DNA of 38,994 nucleotides from Rotaria socialis (Eukaryota): NCBI GenBank assembly GCA_905331485.1, contig CAJNYT010000794.1, positions 69,240 to 108,233 of the forward strand, read 5' to 3'. Shown piece by piece: positions 31,671 to 38,994 of this stretch (position 1 is its first letter; each line of letters starts with the position of its first letter). The notes under the pieces were generated by a model. It saw only the letters and a program-made list of their open reading frames with translations, ran no database searches and was not told where the DNA came from. The position numbers and the translations under genes were made by a program.

Positions 31671-34600
31671 TGCTTTTTATGGTTGTCACCTTTCTAAAAG
31701 AAAAAATATAAATATATGTTCATTTTTTCTCTTCTAACTTTTTCCGTCAGCGAAGAATAAAATGTATGCCAATGATGCAAAACAAAACAAAGTAGTATTG
31801 ACCGATGCATCATCCCTCAGATCGAGAGCCCACGATCATATACGACCGTAAACAGCGGAATACGGTAACTGTAAACGACGGTCGTATCCGATCGTAGTTT
31901 CATCGTCTGCGTCTATTACAGAAGAAATTACAATTATCACAAATAAAAGCTACAACAAATTTTGTCATGATCTGTTGTTTCAATTGAGACTTACAGAGGG
32001 CGTGATATCATCGAACACCTGATCCTGCACACATCAAACGGAAATTCAACAATATATATAATCATTACTTTCTTTACATTCATCTCCATCATTCATAATG
32101 AACCTCTAACATTACAATTCATATTGGAAATACAACATAGTGAAATTGCCCCAATATTAACAGGTAATTTCTTCTTTATAAATACTTGTATTCCACAAGT
32201 AACTACAAGAAATCTGATATTTTTTTGAGACAACTATTTTGCTTTCTTTAGGAAAATTTCAATGCAAAAATGTTGAGATATGTTCAAACGAAGTTTTCAA
32301 TTTTTATCTTGTGCATTTAGATTCGTTCGAATTGAAAAATGTTGAAGTATGTTTAAACAGATCTAAAGTGTCTTGTATTAAGAACCGTATTTTTTCCTAA
32401 TATTTAATTGAAAAGGTTTTCCAGAAAACTAAGGTGATTTTACAAGGTTTTAAGGGTGTCATTTGAATTGTAAACACATTCTCTTAATATTTCCAGCTTA
32501 AAATGCTAAGAATCAGGAATATTTTGATGGAAAAACGCTAATTACAATTCGTAATTAGCAAAAAATTAATTAATTAAAGGGGGTCATTTATAATGGGGGG
32601 AGGGGGGGTTAATTCGAAGTTAGTTTTGATTTTCTATTTTTCCTGTATTCTAATAGACGCGTCTTAATTATCTATTGGAATAAACTTTATGAAATCAGCA
32701 TGGTATTTACAATTTTAATTGGCCTACAAGATAATTTTTCAGCATCAATCTCATTAGGAAAAGAGGTTAAAGTTTCTATTAGTGAAAAGTGGGTTGTTAT
32801 CAGATAAAACCCATCAAATGAGTGTTCAATATCAACAAAAAACACTCCTGATCTTTCTCCTGATAAACTCCTGATTTCAAAATTTTGAATTTGGTAACTG
32901 GTACCAATGGAATGCGTTTCAAGGACCGTGTCCTTCAATTATTTACGCCATTGGTACATCTATCCGTTTAATAATAAACTCTTTGGATTAAAATAAAGGA
33001 TAAATAATCCTTTAAAAATTTTTATAAGCTCTTTGAAAATTAATGTACCCTTCCGGTGAAAAGCCCTCCTGTTCATGAACTCCTTAAAGGATTTATGCCA
33101 TGCGAATAAACCCTTGGCGGATTTGTGAACCAAAAAAATCAAGGACAAGCGTTGATTATTTAGCGCCTTTTTTTTACAGTGAATGGTACTAGTGCAAATG
33201 TTTAAATCGAATTACATCTCTGAAAAGTCTTATTCAGAAGTTAAAATTTTAAGTCATTCAAGTTCCTTTAATCCTCAAGAATTTTTTCCATTAGATTGAA
33301 GAATGTTTTCTTTCACAGAAATATTCGAAAAATATTTTCACAAGTATTCGTCTATTTGTTAGCTAATGAAAATATTTTCAATCTTCATAAACGACTGATT
33401 CATATAATTATGCCACCTCATTACACAATTTACTAGCATAACTTACCGTTTCTTTAGCGGGCATACTAAAACTGCATTTCAAGTTGTTGCCATCGAACAA
33501 CAAACAGCCTTGCTCAGTTTACAGTTCTTTCCGATTTCTTATGACCATGATTTTTTGACTTAAATTTTATTCTATCCAATATATATAGGCATCGTTTTAG
33601 TACACTGTTCTCAGTTTTATCTAAGTTTGATAGATAACAGAATCGACTTCAAAACTACTCCTCTTTCGAAAGTAAAGATTGTGATTAAATGTCAATTCAA
33701 ATTTTACATTGCATCATTCTACTACTCGCCGTTGATAATTGATATCGTTGGTACGATTCCACGCCGAAAAGGCAAAATTTACAGCTATATAATTCGTAAT
33801 CTTTTCAGCACATAGCACATGTCGACAAAAGATTTATGTGGCTATGCTACGATCATGATGTATATAGACGACTAAAGGAGAAGACTAAAAAACACGAAAA
33901 ACTGTTTCAGTCTACTTGGTAGATAAACTACGATAGAAAACCTCACAGCGTTAGAATCAAACAAAGAATGAGTCATAGCCTCATCAAGTGAATTCATATA
34001 GTGTCGGTCCCGGGTTTGAATATCGTTCAAAAAAGACACGTGTAAATTGTTCCATGGCTTTGATTTCATAATTTGGTGGTAGTTCTTCCCCAACGTATGG
34101 TTCTGGCACTAAATAGTTCTTCATTTTTAAACATGAATTTTTTAATTAGTACGATTACATACTCATACTTCTTTCATGCCATTCAACGACACATCCATCC
34201 ATGCCTAACTATTAAATAAGATAATTGAAATTGATCAGAAAAACAATTATTAACATTTCCTTACTTCTACAACATCAGGGCTTGTGTCGTCTGTTTCCTC
34301 CATCAGATCAGATTCGTTAGGTTGCTTTGCACTTTATATCTGTTTTAATTCGTGACGAATTTTATGAATAAATCATTTCACGAAAGTATCAAGTAGTTCT
34401 AAAAAGATTGATATATGTGTTTTTCTCCTTTCGACTTTCAACTCGCGATGAAAGAAAAGCATAAATACACCAATATTTTTCATGACCAAAGATACGTGAT
34501 AGATTTTGTATTTTCTTCTTCCTAAAAAGAGCTATTCTTATCTTTACTTTTCACCTTCGTGTTTACATAAAATAAAAAATAACAACGCATTTTAATCACA

Positions 34601-34974
34601 TTGTGAAATAAATACAGAAATAAAATCAGTTAAATATTTTTTCCCAACGAAGAAATTTGAGAAATTTCAAGTATGAATAGTTGGTAGCACAACCGTTGAT
34701 AGGGCTATCATATGAGGGCGCGAGGTTTGCGTTTGAAGATATATTGATGATGTCTTCTTAACATCGAATGATAAACGATGCTAACGATTATCATCCAAAT
34801 ATTAAACTTTCTTATGAAATAAAGACAAGATTTTTGTTTTTAAATATTGTATCCATCAATTTTTTATTTTATTACATATCGATGAACTATATTATTTCTG
34901 AAAAATAAGCAGCAATGACTTTTGCTTGTACAATCATATGTCTTTTGTATGACTAATCTAGTGCCATCTCAACA

Positions 34975-36099
34975 TTAATTGTTTAAGTCGATACGCCATA
35001 TTTGATTAGAATTAAAGCATGATACATAAAGCACATAATCGCTAGTGATAAGTACATCGAAAGCAAACGGACAAATGTTTTTGATAGTTCCCATTAATAT
35101 TCCTTGGTTATTATAAATCTGAACACCATTAGATCCAGAGGAGACCCAATAACGATTGTATTGATCAATTGTCAAATTAATTGCACTATTTGTTGATGGG
35201 CTTGCATATACATAAAATAAAAGTCTTTCCTGCCATACAAGACTATTATTAATAGCAGAATATGCATAAATTGCATTGCCAGTCAATGATGTTACGTAAA
35301 AATAAGAATCATTCACATACCATAATCCATATGGATTACTATAGTTTACCAATTGGCTTTTAATAAAACTATAATTGCTAGACCGATTACCTGTTTGATT
35401 AAAAAATAAGAGATAACTATTACTCATAGAAGTTACAATCATTAATTCTCCATTGCTTGAAAAAATCATATAACGAGCTCCTTTTAAATAAGATGCTGTA
35501 ATATTTTGAAGTATGGTCAAATTATTACTATCAATAGCTAAAATGTAATTAGTAAATGCAACATAATAAGTTTCATTATAATAGGCTATACCGTAAGGCA
35601 TATCATTAAATGGTTGACATGATGGATTACTAACTACACTTAAATTTCCAGAATACAAACGGACAAGAGTAGACATGCCTTGAGAAACTGTCACTAAATA
35701 TCCATGATTGTCAATAAACATGGAACGAGAATATGATACCGTGGTATAAATCTTATTAGATGCATTGAATCTATTCAGTAAGCAAGTCGTATCAGAAAAA
35801 CAAGGTTGACTTTTATTGGGAAAAACTCCTTGAAGAAAATAAAGATGAGCTTGTAATGTCAACTGAATTTTGTAAACAAGTGGAAAAGTATTGAAAAATT
35901 GACATGTATTATTTGAAAGGCAATTAAGAGCAGCATACGGAAAAGATAGACATAAACATTCTTTGCAGGTTTTGTTGGCAATGATTACAGTACTTGTATT
36001 TGATATTGAAATTAAAGTAGCATTGTTAATGAAAGGTATCATGATTGAATTAACAGCAGTAAAGACAAGTAAAAGATTAAAACCAACTGTAGTAAACAT
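34975..36099 (-). CDS. Secreted, heavily N-glycosylated NHL-like beta-propeller protein, 374 aa, apparently single exon.
   Basis: ATG at 36099 is followed by the hydrophobic leader 'MFTTVGFNLLLVFTAVNS'. More than 15 N-x-S/T sequons are present. NHL-like blades include 'YVSCFNSNQIWRIDLNN' and 'YGIAYYNETYYVAFTNYILAIDSNN'. The sequence is N/S/Y-rich with low complexity. The stop is at 34975. Confidence 0.55.
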   Translation of the reverse strand: MFTTVGFNLLLVFTAVNSIMIPFINNATLISISNTSTVIIANKTCKECLCLSFPYAALNCLSNNTCQFFNTFPLVYKIQLTLQAHLYFLQGVFPNKSQPCFSDTTCLLNRFNASNKIYTTVSYSRSMFIDNHGYLVTVSQGMSTLVRLYSGNLSVVSNPSCQPFNDMPYGIAYYNETYYVAFTNYILAIDSNNLTILQNITASYLKGARYMIFSSNGELMIVTSMSNSYLLFFNQTGNRSSNYSFIKSQLVNYSNPYGLWYVNDSYFYVTSLTGNAIYAYSAINNSLVWQERLLFYVYASPSTNSAINLTIDQYNRYWVSSGSNGVQIYNNQGILMGTIKNICPFAFDVLITSDYVLYVSCFNSNQIWRIDLNN

Positions 36100-37379
36100 C
36101 TCTTGAAAATGTTCTTGAATAAAATATAATTCTGAATTTAAAAAAAAATCAAATTAACATTAAATTTACACTTATTTTTTAAAACAAGAAATAAAACGCA
36201 GAATATTAACCGACTTCTTTTACCGAAAAATTCGTGCAAAAAATTTGATAAATTGTATTAGTATTCTACAAACAGGCAAAATGATATTTACGCGTAATTG
36301 AAGAAAGCATGAAATTAATTTCTACTGATGAACATTGACTCTATTAGTATATTCAATTAAGGTTTATTGAACTAATTTGTCGTTACTGTAGAATAATATA
36401 ACATTTCGAATAAATGAAACTTGAATGTAGCGAAGAGAGACTTTGGAAAATACGAAGACGGAACATATAAAGAAATTCTCCATAGAATATTGTTTGTGTA
36501 TGATATTTAAAAAAATGTTGCGTCTTCTCAAAACTGCAATTTTTGTGTAATATTTAAATGCTTATAAAGAATCAGGAGAGAAACAAGTGAACGGTCTTTC
36601 TATGTAAATTTATGCATCACTCGTGATACAGTGTAATGAAATGGTATAGCAGAAAAGAATATTTAAGGAAGTCTTTATTATTTAAAACAAAATACCTTTT
36701 ATATTTGTATACTTGAGTGCATTACTCAACAAAGACAATAATGGCGTTTTTAAAGTATAATGTTAATGCCTTTAACCAGTAACTCATCTTCAATTAGATA
36801 TCAATAGAAGTGCGCTGTTAGATGGATCTGCTATTATAAAAAACGAGTTTTTCCACCAACTTGTTTTTCATTTAAATGTGTGACTCTAACGTAAGTGGTT
36901 TTTATAATAAAAACAAGTCTTTTTTCTTGTATCTATTCAAATTTTGTCTTTTATGAGAAAGATTAAATATTATGATTGATCGAAAAAGCTGTCTAGGGGG
37001 TTATAATTCACATTACAAACAGAGTTGCTAAGTTTATCGAATTTTACAGGCAAAATGAGGGTGTGGGGTGTGAATCAGAGCTGTAACCGGTACCGGCAAC
37101 CAGCCGGTCTGGCCCGATCCGGTCTGGGATTCTTGGCCGACCGTTATACCGGCCAATCAACACAATCTTTTCCAGACCGACTCGTTCTATATTATTTCGA
37201 ATTTTTTAGATCTGACGCAAATGTGAGAGTCAGATACTAGACTCTAGTCTCTTAGCGCTTACGTACAGTTTCCCAGGCGAAAAATTATAATGCTGAACGT
37301 GTTATACGACAGAAACCTGCGGCCAGATACGGTAGAAAAAAGATTCGTAAGTTCGCAGCGGCGTAACCAGGGGGGAGGC

Positions 37380-37399
37380 AAATGGGCAATTGCCCATTT
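37380..37399. repeat. Perfect 20-bp palindrome AAATGGGCAATTGCCCATTT, followed 15 nt later by a third half-site TTGCCCATTG.
   Basis: Read directly from the sequence. It could be a dimeric DNA-binding-protein site or a hairpin. Confidence 0.5.
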
Positions 37400-37744
37400 C
37401 ATTTTGAGCCTTGCCCATTGTAATTTTCATTAGTTAATTTTTGACTATTCAAATTTTACTTTTTTACAATTATTTACTTTTGAATCAACTAGCTACTGTC
37501 TTTTTTTCTTTCGTTTGAATCGCATATGTACCCTTTACTGTTTTTTATGAAGAATTAATATAAGAAAGCAGAATAAAAAAAATGAATAATGCACAATTGT
37601 ACACATAGATGTGATAATACCTAAACATGGGGTAACGAGAATCAACCGTCATAATACCCAACGAGTGTTCAACTCAGATGAACTAGATATATTTTCACTA
37701 GCTAAAGTATACTTGCTATGAGGTAACAACTATCAGTCCACTTA

Positions 37745-37998
37745 GTGTAATGACTATCGATATGACTATATGATAGAAGTTGAGGAGTGTGAGTGAATTT
37801 GGTGTAATGACAATCATGAAGCGATGTTGCAACGTTATTTATCTTAGCGGAGGCTGTGGGGTGGGGGTGAGGGTGTGGGAGTGAGAGTAGGTGATGGTGT
37901 CGTATCTTCTCAAGCACACCCACACCCACACCGTCATATCGATAGCCATTGCACCAAATTCACTCACATTCCTCAACTTCTATCATATAGTCATAGGG
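37745..37998. repeat. A roughly 250-bp palindrome: about 65-bp inverted arms flank head-to-head telomeric repeats, G-rich at 37853-37897 and C-rich at 37915-37932.
   Basis: Left arm is 'ATGACTATCGATATGACTATATGATAGAAGTTGAGGAGTGTGAGTGAATTTGGTGTAATGAC'. The reverse complement of 37933-37998 is 'ATGACTATATGATAGAAGTTGAGGAATGTGAGTGAATTTGGTGCAATGGCTATCGATATGAC'. The centre is GGGTGAGGGTGTGGGAGTGAG...CACACCCACACCCACACC. Confidence 0.7.
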
Positions 37999-38971
37999 AA
38001 TGCGGTGAAGTGGCACTGCGTTTTCTGGGCGAGGGCATTATTTTAGGGAATCACAGTGAGGACTCGCGTTGTACTAGTGTTAACGTTGGTTGATACCACT
38101 GGCCCCTCGATTACACTTCTCTAGTATCTAATGTGTCTCTCCTTTTTCTCTCCCCGTCTTTATCATTGTTATTCTTTCCCCTCTCTTCTTTCTCTTCTCT
38201 CTCTATATATATACATATGCGTGTGTGAAAAGGTTAGATATAAATAAAAGTAAAGCTCGACGAAGCGAGCTAACAACTAGAAAAGTCGTTACCCGGTGTA
38301 ATGAGATTATGCCATCACTCATTGTACATATGCTTATATAAAATTGCGCACTTACACTTATAATTTTTTTGTTCTCTTTTGTCCTGTTTTAAAAGACTAA
38401 TACTAACCTATGCCAACTGGAAAACGATCCAATTCACAGTGGCGGATCCAGAAAATCAGTAACGGGGCTGGTACTCCCGGTCAAAAAGTGTTTTCGGAAG
38501 CCTATTTGAGGCAATACGGCTCTTTTCTGTTTCATTCCTGCTGGAAGAAGTCGAAAACATTTCATGAAGGGTGTGACCCTCGCCGGTTAGCTGCAATGGT
38601 AGATCCGCCAGTGGCAATTCGTTATTAAGCTATCACTTTTCTTCCAAGTATTGAAATTTTATGTAAAAATATACAGTGGTCGTTTTGATTTTGGTGTTTA
38701 AATTTCAAAACCAAATATTATAAATAGAGACTGAAGATAGAATAAAATATGTCTAACGCAGCAAGTCTGAGGCGGGCTTAAATTCTGAGGTTCTTTTCCT
38801 TTACATTAGGTTAAAAGAAACTCATGCTTTTTTGGTTTAGTTAAATGAATATCAATGTTTTTGATGTTTTTTCTACGTTATCAATACTTTGCTGACCAGG
38901 TCGACTGATCCGACATAGGATCCGATAGAAACCTGGAAATATCCTACAATCCGATACAATTCTATTGGATT

Positions 38972-38994
38972 CCGGGTCGCGGGGTAGGGGTGGG
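38972..38994 (+). repeat. Telomere-like G-rich stub (GGGGTAGGGGTGGG) at the window edge, preceded by ATCCGAT-type short repeats.
   Basis: Read directly; the array may continue beyond the window. Confidence 0.4.

Noticed and set aside
33960-34125. 58-codon ATG ORF on the minus strand ('MKNYLVPEPYVGEELPPNYEIKAMEQFTRVFFERYSNPGPTLYEFT').
   Set aside because: It is below the size and evidence threshold. No motif was recognised. It may be a small mitochondrial-complex subunit exon, but this cannot be supported from sequence alone.
37702-38093. ORFs 37702-37929 (minus) and 37875-38093 (plus) encoding 'HPHPHP...' peptides.
   Set aside because: They are translations of the head-to-head telomeric repeat palindrome.
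38410-38628. Plus ORF 38410-38628 flanked by a 9-bp inverted repeat (TGGCGGATC ... GATCCGCCA).
   Set aside because: The inverted repeat is only 9 bp and the ORF has no recognisable domain. This is insufficient to call a gene or MITE, though the region is noted as CpG-rich.
1-38994. Prokaryotic interpretation (operons, RBS, CRISPR, defence islands) suggested by the ORF track's use of TTG/GTG starts.
   Set aside because: Spliceosomal introns with GT..AG and reading-phase continuity are clear in the MVP gene, which is a eukaryote-specific gene. Telomeric TGTGGG repeats, polypyrimidine acceptors, AATAAA signals and F-box/ANK/NACHT genes all indicate a eukaryotic nuclear locus. Many ORF-track 'M' starts are actually TTG (e.g. 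20266, 6692, 5400, 2054, 15151).

Overview
This 39-kb window is eukaryotic nuclear DNA, not prokaryotic. It is visibly AT-rich and contains a multi-exon gene with canonical GT..AG introns of 53-67 nt (one of 244 nt). Interstitial telomere-type (TGTGGG)n/(CCCACA)n stubs are scattered throughout. This combination most resembles a bdelloid-rotifer-like genome, which is inference; no organism can be proven from sequence alone. The ORF track uses TTG/GTG as starts, so many listed 'M' residues are not real ATGs.

Gene content, left to right:
- CDS fragments of unknown gene(s) on the minus strand running off the left edge (1-2290).
- An NHL-repeat beta-propeller ORF (4444-5390, minus) that lacks its own ATG.
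- A signal-peptide MACPF (perforin-like) gene (6126-7829, minus, at least 2 exons).
- A telomere-repeat-flanked island (9.0-10.2 kb) that is GC- and CpG-rich, unlike the surrounding AT-rich sequence, and is built of two short-motif repeat blocks.
- A complete 9-exon major vault protein gene (11027-14352, minus), which anchors the eukaryotic gene model.
- A 768-bp MITE with 23-bp TIRs and a TTAAAA TSD (15686-16453).
- An intronless ankyrin + R-S-E ADP-ribosyltransferase gene (19022-20236, minus), divergently paired with a giant intronless 2176-aa NACHT/STAND NTPase gene (22429-28959, plus).
- A 2.2-kb shared intergenic region that carries an inverted-repeat-bounded block with a 25-bp minisatellite and an 8-bp microsatellite.
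- An F-box(/LRR-like) gene convergent on the NACHT gene (about 29.5-31.7 kb, minus).
- A secreted, heavily N-glycosylated NHL-like propeller (34975-36099, minus).

The most interesting candidate 'system' is the head-to-head Ank-ART <-> NACHT pair. It sits among other innate-immunity-type genes (MACPF, NHL propellers, F-box) and is surrounded by telomeric-repeat hairpins, short dispersed repeats and MITEs. The domain calls come from motif reading by eye and need HMM/HHpred confirmation.
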